In this document: in pieces, positions 10,301 to 19,791 of the stretch
Layout of the letters: the number at the start of each line of letters is the position of its first letter
Numbering within the stretch: position 1 is the stretch's first letter
Assembly (NCBI GenBank): GCA_040285745.1
Contig: JAUFOR010000005.1
Span: 434,001 to 498,000, forward strand
Direction: 5' to 3'
Length of the DNA stretch: 64,000 nucleotides
Origin: Barthelona sp. PCE
Lineage: Eukaryota
Notes under the pieces: generated by a model
Database searches by the model: none
Told to the model about the DNA's origin: nothing
What the model saw: only the letters and a program-made list of their open reading frames with translations
Translations under genes and position numbers: made by a program

Positions 10301-11458
10301 TACGGCTACCTCCCACTAGATATATATATTCCACCACGAACAAAGGTTTTAGTATGTTTTGAAGGTGCAGATTTTGAAGGGTGTCAGATTCAAGTTGGAG
10401 TACATGGTGACAACGCGTTCTTCACACAGAAACCGATTAAGAGATTCCCTGAATGCACTCAGAGATTTGATATAATTTCTAACAAAGTGGAATTTTATTC
10501 GGAGGTTGGTGGCCCTCTCATGTTTTATCTCCCATACAACGCCCCGCAGCGTAGAAACGTAGCCGGTAAGCTGGTTACAATCACAGCAGAGAACTGCGTA
10601 CCTATGATCCATCATCGCTGCTTCCAAGGCGAGGAGCTGCCAAGGGCTACTGATGCACCATGGTTTTTCCTTGAGAGCAGACACATTTTGCTTGTACTAC
10701 CCTCGCGTTTTATTACAGCACTCGAAGCGGACGATATTATGGTGGAGTACGATAAAATGGTGGAGTATCTTTTAGATTTTCCAGTTTTTTCAAAGTATCA
10801 ATGGCAAATTCCGCATTTCATTGTCCCAGACCCCTCTCCATCCAACGGAGGGTCGGCTGCGCACGCTGGTAACCCCATTGTTACTTATATTTTCGATGAA
10901 CAGGGGTATAATCTTCTTTTCGATGTAGGTCGATTTAGTACAAAGGGAGATGGTGAATTGGCGCTGGAAGCACACGAGATAGCGCACAATCTCACATTTG
11001 GAATGTCTTTATGCTTTGAGGGTGTGATTGAAGGTATTGCATGTTATCTTAGCGCCTATGCAGCTGGAAAGGCAACTGGGCGTTCAATTTATCAGAATCC
11101 ACGCTTCCTTAAAGGACGTCAGTACGCTTTACTCTTCCTTGGTGATAGTACACTTACACCACATGATCGCTTCAAGAGAATGATTGCAGATGCTTATGTG
11201 CTTGGTGCTCAGTTCCTCTATCTGATAGATGAGGCGTTCCCAATTGGGCTAGCAAAGTACCTCGAAATGGAGATGGAAGCGCCGTACTTTGAGAACAATA
11301 GTGAACGTAGAAATTTCTCAATTGTTACAATGTCAAAAGCATGCAATGTTTCTATGCTTGAATATTATGACAAATGGGGTATTCCGTTCGACGATGCATC
11401 TAGGTCAACCGTTGAAGCTCTAAATCTCGAATCATGGATGCCTGAGCTTCTTCAATAA
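7310..11458 (+). CDS. N-acylated protein with several calpain domain-III-like repeats and a C-terminal M60-like (TCAF/FAM115-type) metallopeptidase
   Basis: MGCTSS N-terminus. Calpain-III-like segments: GGG...NPQFRI, NSGG...PGRYSIVPAT..EGVFKI, WNNPHVYL. M60-like segments: QIQVGVHGD, KRFPE, GGPLMF, APWFFLE, HAGNPIV, HEIAH-x10-E (HEIAH at 10973-10987). Confidence 0.7.
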   Translation: MGCTSSKVTDQVYLQEESLNQDQHDRLMISLPKTSNNDIVDTESALSTYREKPPVFETYVEELASSYEFRTTFCGGGGGNERNSEFLHESNPQFRICAPAGTKLKLHIHQEQPWGQRRSVGFFCFGTSAQLPLKTLDVVDTFVHMGKMNTNPVEAEIEMPNNGIMIIVLSRVHSAQTQYIFTIDSVDGTGIDCEHTILPPYFTCEDLSFTQSIEGSFHPSNSGGLIDSGSFHLNSKTIFTVRGEESQAFCINFEVIEGFFQYNYYLFNSNDECIFTLNKPNSRSSNSRLFIKPGRYSIVPATVVKGVEGVFKIGLHCATDFSLHMKNHHQDKKPVFEHDGRFNVQGFGKDGNLQFTPHYLLNIVNPETYFTVKIDIEGSVLYSVIILDQMQNIIHSSRQTSLNFVEVMMLDVGQYTMYITPTNPHAQNSYNMSVYSQSDVLVEKVKDHVCYSNNEGSVEYIFVGEFPEDGGSSWAVGHWNNPHVYLEGSGEIKLELQRVKHFNNVGVSIHTVNDDSSLFSNQNTTQFYNSKLNAFPGNIDLTLSLPPNQYVIVLHGVESIRGSFWLRMSCSPSVFINQFGLEKVTSIPVDDDKIAFEQSFTVSDKIPGIYDGVKAVGVPSDHVGPLVAFNDAEVLLCGRSGLFKVDSVEFRKQWCVRYSGLSHSEHEPVEKFLPAIVQDKNVCCLSGLLWFSENTDLLDNILAANHVEHIQILSSCKIFKNSPKTAHTFVVWEGVDLTVPTVVAMRYNDFYSEERCHILSELIKQSPYIVILADFKQWYTLSNYRQKTLAFSFPLNVMLQEHGIDIQYILGAFQSSDCPTPEMQAADPDIDYADIEEWWFAVEGGSTHPFTMFSTEYSQKYIKYTHFSQTGNALSILADPKSNVTLNERVFESLGHVIEMGLFGLDPSCDSFTETIEKVDGLLPSVLVCNEQPVNHKHVFKRAQLARDVARATVGLPVEVDYFLTFPGDIRNHAAKDQVVTEIQIPEHIPGGNVGYTYGYLPLDIYIPPRTKVLVCFEGADFEGCQIQVGVHGDNAFFTQKPIKRFPECTQRFDIISNKVEFYSEVGGPLMFYLPYNAPQRRNVAGKLVTITAENCVPMIHHRCFQGEELPRATDAPWFFLESRHILLVLPSRFITALEADDIMVEYDKMVEYLLDFPVFSKYQWQIPHFIVPDPSPSNGGSAAHAGNPIVTYIFDEQGYNLLFDVGRFSTKGDGELALEAHEIAHNLTFGMSLCFEGVIEGIACYLSAYAAGKATGRSIYQNPRFLKGRQYALLFLGDSTLTPHDRFKRMIADAYVLGAQFLYLIDEAFPIGLAKYLEMEMEAPYFENNSERRNFSIVTMSKACNVSMLEYYDKWGIPFDDASRSTVEALNLESWMPELLQ

Positions 11459-11500
11459 ATGTACATTGTAAGCAATTTTTCCTGTATTTTCTTTTTTAGC

Positions 11501-14500
11501 ATGATTCAGGACTTGTTTTTTAACAAGAGGGGGGTAGCATCATTTTGGGATCGTTTTGAGAAGTGTAAGAGCTTCAGTTGGCTTATTTTGTTTGGTAACA
11601 TTTCGCAACTTTTATTTCCTTTGGATTTGTATAAAAGGGCCATTTTGATCGCGTTGAACAACCTTCTGTACATGTGGTTATCACTGCCTCAAACATTTAT
11701 AGTAGCTGTAAGCTATTCTATCACAATGTCTGCGTTTGGTTATTTTTCATTCTTCTATGCATGTTTAACCGGTGATATAATATCCATTATTGCGATAACT
11801 GGAGGGTTTGTTTCGTTTGTAAGCTTACACACGTTTATAACGTTTTTATCCATTTGGATCACCATTGTTGGCTGCATAATGGGGACCTGTATGGGACTAT
11901 TCTTCACGTTATACCTCCACACGTTCACCACAGTTCTGTACATGCTGTACGAGGTATTCTATCGGTTGCTTTCAATACATCATTTCAATATGGTTGAGAC
12001 TTCTCTGCATTTGATCATCGATCGTCTGTTTACTGAGTTAGAGCTGCTCAGAAAGCGTTTCATACCTCTTGATATACTCCAAGTGATGCGTAGTGTTGCA
12101 GAATTACGAAACCAACGCCGTACATTTGATTTTATGGCGGTTCTGGATTGTTTAGATTTTGATAAAAGGATAATGTTGGATAAGAACGTTCCCGTTTTTA
12201 TTGATATATGTCGTTCGTTGCCCATACATAGTTTGTTGTTGGAAGTTCGTGAATGTCCCGTATTGTGTATGGATTGTGTGAAATTCACGAAATTTTGTCA
12301 TCAAAACGATGCTGAGAGCTCAGCAAGGCTGCTACACGATCTTTTCACACTACTGGACCGGATGTCGTACATGTTCGATGTGACGTGTGTACGCACTGTA
12401 GGTGACGCATACTTTGTTATACCACGGCTCTCTAAGGATGACGTTGAGTGGAATAGTGACTACAATTCCCTGCTGTGCAACACATTAGAGGACCCAGACT
12501 ACGGTCTGCGTGCGCACCTTAACCTAATTGCATTTGGAATTCGTACAATGCACTTACTCCATTTTTTTGGATGCTTCACTGGACAAACGATGCGTGTACG
12601 TATTGCAATAGCCAGAGGATCCGTGGATGTGATGTGTCTGAGCGACACACCGCAGGGTATGGATATTTGTGGGGAGGTTATGGAAGAGGCAGACCGGTTG
12701 CAAGGTCAGGCTAATCCCAATGATCCTAACAAGACCATTGTGTTGTCTGCTGAGGTGGCCAAGACAGTTAGCGAGTCTATAGAGCTCAATGAGGGACGTT
12801 TTGTTCGAATGAAGCTGGATTCTGACCTTGAATTCATAAATGAAGAAGCGAGGAATGTTTTTATTCTTGATCGTCAATCTACTATTGCTTTCGAGTTCAA
12901 GGGAGGATTTCAAACAGAATTTGTTGAAAACCCTGAGAGAGAAGGATATGTAGCTAGTAGTATTGTATCAAAGGAATTGATTCATAAGATTATGGCACGT
13001 GTTTACAGTGTTACTCCTTCACATGACAAGGTGCCTGAGCGACCTCCACTGTTCAAGAATCCAGACACCGTGGAGATACGAAATAATGAGGCCAAAGTTT
13101 GGAGGAAGACAATAGCTCGACATAAGAACCTCAAATGGGAGGATTCAATCATTGAAACAGACACTGTCGATAAGTTAGGGCACTTTATTGTGACTAATGT
13201 CCTTTGGAGAACATCAATGGGTATTTTTCTTTCTTTCTTGTATTGTCATCAAACTACTACAGCATATGCAATCATCTGTTTATTTCTCTGCGGATTTGTT
13301 GCGTTTACGTGCGTGTTTGACGCATATCTGCAGTCATTTCTGGTCGCTCCATTGCAATTTGTTATTCTGTTTAGGAGTCTGCTTTTTTTCCTTCTTATTC
13401 CATTGGTGGTGACGGGATCCATCACCACAGTGGGCATCCAGTGGCTATGTGTGCTCACTGCAGGGTTAAGTGTTGGTTTCAGAACTTCGCAAGCCCTTCT
13501 GTCATTTTTACCTATATCTTTCATTATGTTTATGATGTTGGATCCGTTTCTCGGCGTTCTGTGTGTGTCTTTCGTCATCCTGTTCTTGATGCACCTTGAT
13601 TTTGTGTTTCACATTATGCTTCGTATCAATTCCCAGGTAAGAACCGCAATTCAAACGTTCTTCACGCAGACAGCCCGAAGTATTCCAGCACCGGCGCTTA
13701 ACTCCCTGCTATCCAACCCAGAAACTGAGCCTTTCTTCATTGTTGATCAAGCGTATGTCGCATGGGTCCAGCTGTTAGACTGCCAAAGTATCCCAAAGGA
13801 AGAGATGGTCATGATGTCATCTCTTATGTTTAATAATGCATTGGAGATCCTACAGTACTTCCCCCAGGTGTCTCCTTTGAAGTACTCTAATGGGTTGCTG
13901 GTTTTTGTGGTATCTAAGAATCCACAGCCATGTCCTTTCCCTAATGACCCATACGCGACGCAATTGTGGCTCAACGTTACGCATCTGGATCGCATCTCAC
14001 AGATACTTAACGCCACATACGCTATGTACCGAATGTGTTTTTCATTTCGGAATGCACTACCTTCCATGAGTCAGTACATCGGTATGAGCTATACACTAGT
14101 GTCTGGGCCACTGGTGTGCGGGATGTTTGATATCTCGAAGTTTGATATCGTTGGAGACTTGGCAAATACAGCAGCAAGGATTTCAAAAAATTTTCCTACT
14201 TCAACACGGGATACAATAACTGTAAGCTCTCAGTTCCGTGATTTCTATCTAGATTTTATGCAAAGTTTATTGCTGCAAATTAATACTGTACCTGAAGCCT
14301 ATGCTAAGGCGCTTAACAGATGCATGAAATATTGCAAGATTTTTTCAGAACTGATTGTAGGCAACAGTATGGTGTTGGACAAGACAATTGAAGAGACGCC
14401 ACATATTTACAAGGCCGAATTTAGTGAAAGTGTCGAAATTTCTGCCAAAGGTTTAGGAACTATAACTGTGTATGGTATCCCACAAAACGATGATACGTTG

Positions 14501-14506
14501 ATGTAA
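11501..14506 (+). CDS. Membrane class III nucleotidyl cyclase (TM-C1-TM-C2), probably an adenylyl cyclase
   Basis: Two hydrophobic blocks. C1 has MDCVKFT and TVGDAY; C2 has LKY, FDIVGDLANTAARI and AKGLG. Start is either 11459 (abuts upstream stop) or 11501. Confidence 0.85.
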   Translation: MIQDLFFNKRGVASFWDRFEKCKSFSWLILFGNISQLLFPLDLYKRAILIALNNLLYMWLSLPQTFIVAVSYSITMSAFGYFSFFYACLTGDIISIIAITGGFVSFVSLHTFITFLSIWITIVGCIMGTCMGLFFTLYLHTFTTVLYMLYEVFYRLLSIHHFNMVETSLHLIIDRLFTELELLRKRFIPLDILQVMRSVAELRNQRRTFDFMAVLDCLDFDKRIMLDKNVPVFIDICRSLPIHSLLLEVRECPVLCMDCVKFTKFCHQNDAESSARLLHDLFTLLDRMSYMFDVTCVRTVGDAYFVIPRLSKDDVEWNSDYNSLLCNTLEDPDYGLRAHLNLIAFGIRTMHLLHFFGCFTGQTMRVRIAIARGSVDVMCLSDTPQGMDICGEVMEEADRLQGQANPNDPNKTIVLSAEVAKTVSESIELNEGRFVRMKLDSDLEFINEEARNVFILDRQSTIAFEFKGGFQTEFVENPEREGYVASSIVSKELIHKIMARVYSVTPSHDKVPERPPLFKNPDTVEIRNNEAKVWRKTIARHKNLKWEDSIIETDTVDKLGHFIVTNVLWRTSMGIFLSFLYCHQTTTAYAIICLFLCGFVAFTCVFDAYLQSFLVAPLQFVILFRSLLFFLLIPLVVTGSITTVGIQWLCVLTAGLSVGFRTSQALLSFLPISFIMFMMLDPFLGVLCVSFVILFLMHLDFVFHIMLRINSQVRTAIQTFFTQTARSIPAPALNSLLSNPETEPFFIVDQAYVAWVQLLDCQSIPKEEMVMMSSLMFNNALEILQYFPQVSPLKYSNGLLVFVVSKNPQPCPFPNDPYATQLWLNVTHLDRISQILNATYAMYRMCFSFRNALPSMSQYIGMSYTLVSGPLVCGMFDISKFDIVGDLANTAARISKNFPTSTRDTITVSSQFRDFYLDFMQSLLLQINTVPEAYAKALNRCMKYCKIFSELIVGNSMVLDKTIEETPHIYKAEFSESVEISAKGLGTITVYGIPQNDDTLM

Positions 14507-16150
14507 AGTTTTTAGATGTACAAGTCTTGAGCTTGCATTTTGAATCAATTCAATAAAATCATTGACTTTTTTTGACCAATTTCTAAATGCACTAATTTGT
14601 TCACTTTCATTAGAATAAACACAGTTCATAGTAAATGTAAAGAGCTCAGACATAATGTTCCTTATAGGAGGATTATCAAACATGAATTTTAATGAAAGAT
14701 TGTTTATCATTGATGTAAAAGCATGCTGTAATTCATAAAATCGATCAACATCGGTTAATTTCTTAAAAAAAAGATGATATTCGTCATATATTACATCATT
14801 AATAAAGAATTGAAGTAAATTATCAAGAAAAACTATTATCAAATATAAGAAAAAGGACTTCTCAACAATCAATTGCTTTTTTAATTGTAAATGAAGTATT
14901 TCTATCTGATATATGGAAAACTTCAACTGAAATAAGAATCTCCATATCCTCTGTAACTGTGAAAGATTGCTCTGCGTTAATAAAAGAGCAAAAACATTTT
15001 CGCACTGAATATCCAAAACTAACGGAAACCACGCACGATAATGGTCGCTAATGCCGATATCGGGGTCACTGTTCACCAACTTCTCATCCATTGTAAGAAA
15101 GAAGCTTGGATAAGCATCTGAAAAAAAAATCGTCCACAATGTCTCTAAATCACGTACAGTGTTCATAGACGGGGGTTTTTTAAACAGAGGGACGAGTGTA
15201 CTGATTAATTGTACATTACAGTTACCGCTTTTATGTAAATATACACCTAATAACTTTTTAAGAAAACTCTCCACACCGTCTTTCTTAAATCTTTCAAATA
15301 ACAAACAATCGGCATTGGTGTGAAAGGTGTGTATCTGTTTGTTGATTGTATTAAGACTACATAAATCGTTGTGAAGAGAAAAATTCAACCGAGGATTAAT
15401 TAACTGGGCATAGCCTAAAAAATCTAAAGTTCTACCAATAAAAAGAATATAACTTATGAATTTTGATCCAAATATCTCAGTAAACACTCCTATATCACTA
15501 TTTTCTTTATAGTTCAACCATTGATTTAAAAATGCATTTTTTTCATGTTTTTCATCATCATTCACTTTTAAAAAGAACTCATTGAAGGTGTCAGTGACAA
15601 CATAGTACTTGAAGAAGTGGTTTATATATTGAATTAATGGTCTTACGAAACTATGTAAAAAGGATTCTGGAAAAGTGATTGAGTATTTCGTAAATCTATA
15701 AAAAAGTAACCATAACTTCCCTATTTGCTGTGTGTTGTTAGACGTGAGTATTTCTTCCATATCAAATTGGATTAGAAGTTTGTGTAAGTCGTTAAGTAAG
15801 AGTGTGTAGTCAAAAAAACTGTGTAATACATAGTCTAGTCCCAATGTGTCATCGTTAAACACAGATTTCTCAATGTTTACGATGATATCAAGCATACTGT
15901 TGAGATATCGTGTTAGTTCAGCAGAAAAACTGCGCAAAATTATACTGTTGCAATACTGCAGAGCGTTTGCACAGTTTCGGATATACACAACCTTATTGCA
16001 GATGCTACAGATGGACTTTAAGTTCCCCAAATCAACTATGTTGAGTTTTTGGTAGTTTTGCGCAATGCTTACCAACCCCGCTTCATTTAATACAAATACG
16101 TTCCCAAAGTGTCCACTGAGCGCAAGCAGCGACTCTTGAATGAGCGACAT
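14453..16150 (-). CDS. Gamma-tubulin complex component (Spc97/98 family), GCP4-like
   Basis: N-terminal LIQESLLALSGHFGNVF; GRIP-like ILFIGR, QRIWRFLFQLK, FLDNLLQFFINDVI, LQHAFTSMINNL. Confidence 0.75.
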   Translation of the reverse strand: MSLIQESLLALSGHFGNVFVLNEAGLVSIAQNYQKLNIVDLGNLKSICSICNKVVYIRNCANALQYCNSIILRSFSAELTRYLNSMLDIIVNIEKSVFNDDTLGLDYVLHSFFDYTLLLNDLHKLLIQFDMEEILTSNNTQQIGKLWLLFYRFTKYSITFPESFLHSFVRPLIQYINHFFKYYVVTDTFNEFFLKVNDDEKHEKNAFLNQWLNYKENSDIGVFTEIFGSKFISYILFIGRTLDFLGYAQLINPRLNFSLHNDLCSLNTINKQIHTFHTNADCLLFERFKKDGVESFLKKLLGVYLHKSGNCNVQLISTLVPLFKKPPSMNTVRDLETLWTIFFSDAYPSFFLTMDEKLVNSDPDIGISDHYRAWFPLVLDIQCENVFALLLTQSNLSQLQRIWRFLFQLKFSIYQIEILHLQLKKQLIVEKSFFLYLIIVFLDNLLQFFINDVIYDEYHLFFKKLTDVDRFYELQHAFTSMINNLSLKFMFDNPPIRNIMSELFTFTMNCVYSNESEQISAFRNWSKKVNDFIELIQNASSRLVHLKTLHQRIIVLWDTIHSYSS

Positions 16151-16253
16151 TCCTATTGAATAGGTTAATAATCTGTTTACGACTAATTTCGCATTTACAC
16201 ATACAAATTGTGGAAGCGAGTCAGTTATTTAGCTTGAATCAAGGATTAATATT

Positions 16254-18173
16254 ATGCCAAGACCTGTTTTACAAAAAGGTGTGAATTTTCACTTTTTTCA
16301 GTTTGGGGAATGGATTATTTTATCTACAAATGACGAAACTCTCGAGTCATACGCATACCAAGTCGTTTCTAAACAGAACGGATTGATGGTATCTGAACCT
16401 GCGTCCAGTTTTAAGGAAATTTCTGGTATTGAGAAAGCAAAAAAAACTAAGGGATTGGTGTCAGCGCTCTTCGACAAATCCCTATTTTACCGATCCAGAA
16501 GTGGTGAAAATTTTTTGGGCGAAATTGTTTTTGAGCTTGAAATGTTTAGATTTTCCAACAATGAGTTTATCCCTATTTCATGCTATAAACTTGCTACACC
16601 CACAATCCAAACGGGTTTTTTGCTTAATGAAAAGTTATGGTACAATGGTATTTCCGTTTTTAATTTTGTAGAGAATACTTATGTTGAATTTGAGAGAACT
16701 GTAGAACAAAACAAGAGTACAAGGAAAGCCCTATTTCGGCAGAATGATGTTATTTACTTAGTTGATGTTAGGAATACCGTTATCTTAGAAATTTTAAGTT
16801 TAGTTGATGGACATTTATTTTATGTAACTGAACATCCTTTTTATAAGAGAAAATATTATGTTTTGGACGAGACACCCGGAGATAAAAGGTTTGTTTTTAA
16901 AGATGAAGACGGTATGTTGTTTTATGAAATAGAACAAGGAAAAGTTGAATTTTTAGATCAATCTCTAGATATATATTGTGAATTTATTCGTTTGGAGGGG
17001 ATAATTGTTCATAAGCCATCACATAAGATGCATAGAAAGAACTGTGTTATGTCAAATTTGTGGTATTTTTGTACTTTGGGAGGAAAATTATTTTGTAGTG
17101 AATATTCTAAAAAAATTCATGGAAAACGATTTTTTCCAGTATGCACATGTAATATAAGAGGGAATTTTGCTTTTGAAGCTAAAGATTATCGATCTTTTAA
17201 CGGGACAATGTGTATTTTACAGGATAAGAGTTCTAGTATGGCCTTGTTAAAAAATCACAAAATTATTTGGGATTTTTTCAATAATACTATTACTCTTATT
17301 AAGGAATCTAATATGTTAAATATTACCGAAAAAATACAAGCAATTGAACCTTATTATAGTACAAAAGATAAGAAGTGGAATCTTAGTTTCCTTACTCAAT
17401 GTATTGATACCAATGAGTTTTTCATGTACATAGGTGATCAGCTAGTGGCAACATATAAAGGAGATGATTTGGGGTATGGATTACCGAAATTTAGCGAAAC
17501 CCATGTTCTTGTGCCACGTCAAATTGGTGACTATGATTATAGAATAACAGTAGGAGATAAATTGATTGGACACTTGGAAAATTGCAATGATGTTTTTATT
17601 AGTGAAAATTGTGTTTGGTCGTTTGATGGTTGTGAATTAACATTAGTAATTGTAGGTGAAGAAGAAGAAGAAATTATTAGTAGTACATACAGTTTTAATC
17701 AATCGGTCTATAAGCTAAAGTGCAATCATTACTCAAAATACGAATGTTTGGTTGAAATAGGTTGGGATGATACACAATATTTCTTTGTTCACTATGACTT
17801 TGAACAAAAATGCATTTACTGTATACTTTTCTCTGATTTACAAGAACTATTTCCTTTGTTTATTGGTGTCGGAGCATTCATTGCTGATAATATTTTTTAT
17901 TTTTTCAATGGTGATCGTTTAAGCACAACAGAATTACCACAACGATTTGTGGCCAGTAACCATTCATGGAACCAACTTCTTGTATCACCGAAACCTGGTG
18001 TTTTAGTTTGTTATGAACGTTTAGTTGAAAATTTTGTAACGAAGATGTGTTATTTAAACTTTTCAGATGATTTTACACAGTATACAGAGTATGAAAGAGA
18101 TATTTCTTTCACAGATTTTCTGTCCCAGTGCAAGATGACCGTTTTTTCCAAATTTAATCGTTCTTTAAAATAA
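16254..18173 (+). CDS. Hypothetical protein, beta-rich, AT-rich gene
   Basis: 639-aa uninterrupted ORF with no recognised motif. Confidence 0.7.
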   Translation: MPRPVLQKGVNFHFFQFGEWIILSTNDETLESYAYQVVSKQNGLMVSEPASSFKEISGIEKAKKTKGLVSALFDKSLFYRSRSGENFLGEIVFELEMFRFSNNEFIPISCYKLATPTIQTGFLLNEKLWYNGISVFNFVENTYVEFERTVEQNKSTRKALFRQNDVIYLVDVRNTVILEILSLVDGHLFYVTEHPFYKRKYYVLDETPGDKRFVFKDEDGMLFYEIEQGKVEFLDQSLDIYCEFIRLEGIIVHKPSHKMHRKNCVMSNLWYFCTLGGKLFCSEYSKKIHGKRFFPVCTCNIRGNFAFEAKDYRSFNGTMCILQDKSSSMALLKNHKIIWDFFNNTITLIKESNMLNITEKIQAIEPYYSTKDKKWNLSFLTQCIDTNEFFMYIGDQLVATYKGDDLGYGLPKFSETHVLVPRQIGDYDYRITVGDKLIGHLENCNDVFISENCVWSFDGCELTLVIVGEEEEEIISSTYSFNQSVYKLKCNHYSKYECLVEIGWDDTQYFFVHYDFEQKCIYCILFSDLQELFPLFIGVGAFIADNIFYFFNGDRLSTTELPQRFVASNHSWNQLLVSPKPGVLVCYERLVENFVTKMCYLNFSDDFTQYTEYERDISFTDFLSQCKMTVFSKFNRSLK

Positions 18174-18233
18174 ACGTAATTTATAATTTCAACAAAGTTT
18201 AAGTGTTTATTTGGGTTTAATGAAGTTAATAAA

Positions 18234-18560
18234 CTAGTTCTTTCTTTTAAGAGTAGATTGCCATGAGAAGAGCGAGTCTTGCCCAAAGCATTGCTGTATT
18301 GTGGTGTCATAGCGTGTTCTAAGACGGGGTTCCTTTTTTAAATTCAGTTTTCTATGTTTCTTTGTATTTTTAGCATAATAATCACTTCTATAAGTGCTAG
18401 TGAGACTGTCAGATGTTTTACGGTTAGTACATTTACGAACACGGGGAGATCTGGAGCTCTTGACGACAACAGCTACTCTTCCATCGGTAAATCTAACGGT
18501 CTCAAGACCAGAAAGCTTACTCACTTCCTTTTTCATGTTCCTTGTGCTTAATCTTGACAT
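18234..18560 (-). CDS. Small basic hypothetical protein
   Basis: 108-aa ATG-initiated ORF filling the gap between neighbours; no motif. Confidence 0.5.
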   Translation of the reverse strand: MSRLSTRNMKKEVSKLSGLETVRFTDGRVAVVVKSSRSPRVRKCTNRKTSDSLTSTYRSDYYAKNTKKHRKLNLKKEPRLRTRYDTTIQQCFGQDSLFSWQSTLKRKN

Positions 18561-18808
18561 TTAATATTATGGGGCCGATTTAAAAGTTAATTTAGCAAAA
18601 AGGTGGGATATTACAAAACAATTATCATATCTACTTTTTTCTATCTTAGAAATTTCAAACCATAAGAATGATATTACACACCTTTGGCTGTCAGCACAAA
18701 GGAATTTTTTCATCGTCGCAACTTGATAAATGGTTTATTCAAAAAACACGATTTACACTCAAAATTTGCACGATTAAAGTCTAATGAAACAATTAAAACT
18801 TCAATTCC

Positions 18809-19651
18809 CTATAACTGCCCCAAAAGAGAATGCAATCTTGCTTCTAATTGATCAAAACGTTGATTATTACTTTCTTTAAGTTCTTCAATTGCATTATCGA
18901 TAGCTAAATTTTCTTCTGTAACGCGTTTCGTGAACCCTTCGGCGTCATGGTCAGATATCATAGTAGCACGTTCACAGATCATTGTATATTGATCCAATAA
19001 ATCTTCTACAGTCTTTGATTTTCTGAATTTCCTAACAAAAGGATCAGCAAAAACATATTCTTCTTCACCTGAATATAATTTAACCTTTAAAACATAATTA
19101 TTATAACAAGTAATATCTTCTATTTCACTAATAAAATTGATAGTAGAAAAAATTTGTGTGCTGAATTCAAAGAATAAAAAAGAGAAAGACTCTTGAGAAA
19201 GTAGGTATGCAATCTTATAGTGTAAGTCATATCGACTCTTAATTATTGTATCTTTAAACAAGAACGAATATTCTTGTTTAAAGTTACCTTCCTCATCAGT
19301 GTTAAAAGAAAAGCAAATGACAGTGTTCACATAAGAAGTGCTTGTGATGTCTTCAAGCCTAGCCAACTCAATTACATATGAATTTGTTGAACTACCTCCA
19401 TCCCTAATAACTACACGATTTTCTCGGTTACCAAATTCATCCTGTGGTACTTCTATCTTCACTACGTTGGCGGGATGCTCAACGTGGTATACAAAAAGAT
19501 ATTTAGAGCAAAGAAAAGCATAGTATTCACGATCTGCATAATCATAAACTAGGTAAGTTTGCCCTTCGTAATGTAGTTCTCCTTCCACAATATTAATGAA
19601 CGGAGAAAACTGTGCTGTCCATGGTTCAGAATATTTTGAAGAAAGTATCAT
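18809..19651 (-). CDS. Hypothetical protein with C-terminal coiled coil
   Basis: 280-aa ORF; tail AIDNAIEELKESNNQRFDQLEARL. Confidence 0.65.
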   Translation of the reverse strand: MILSSKYSEPWTAQFSPFINIVEGELHYEGQTYLVYDYADREYYAFLCSKYLFVYHVEHPANVVKIEVPQDEFGNRENRVVIRDGGSSTNSYVIELARLEDITSTSYVNTVICFSFNTDEEGNFKQEYSFLFKDTIIKSRYDLHYKIAYLLSQESFSFLFFEFSTQIFSTINFISEIEDITCYNNYVLKVKLYSGEEEYVFADPFVRKFRKSKTVEDLLDQYTMICERATMISDHDAEGFTKRVTEENLAIDNAIEELKESNNQRFDQLEARLHSLLGQL

Positions 19652-19791
19652 AGTTTTGGAAAAGGAGTTTTTTTATATAGCAGTTTTTTTGTGTATTTAC
19701 TCTAGTGTGTAGGAGGAATTTGCTGTGCTATTTGGAATAATGTAATGTTGAACCATATTTGATGATTTAAGAGTAAAGATTTATTTCTTTT

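Noticed and set aside
11468-11499. GTAAGC...TTTTAG 32-nt intron-like segment
   Set aside because: Splicing would break the frame from ATG 11459 and is unnecessary because an in-frame ATG lies at 11501.
19674-19727. Long hairpin between the GH5 gene and its neighbour as a stand-alone ncRNA
   Set aside because: More than half the pairs are G-U in G/T-rich sequence, so it is easily explained by composition.
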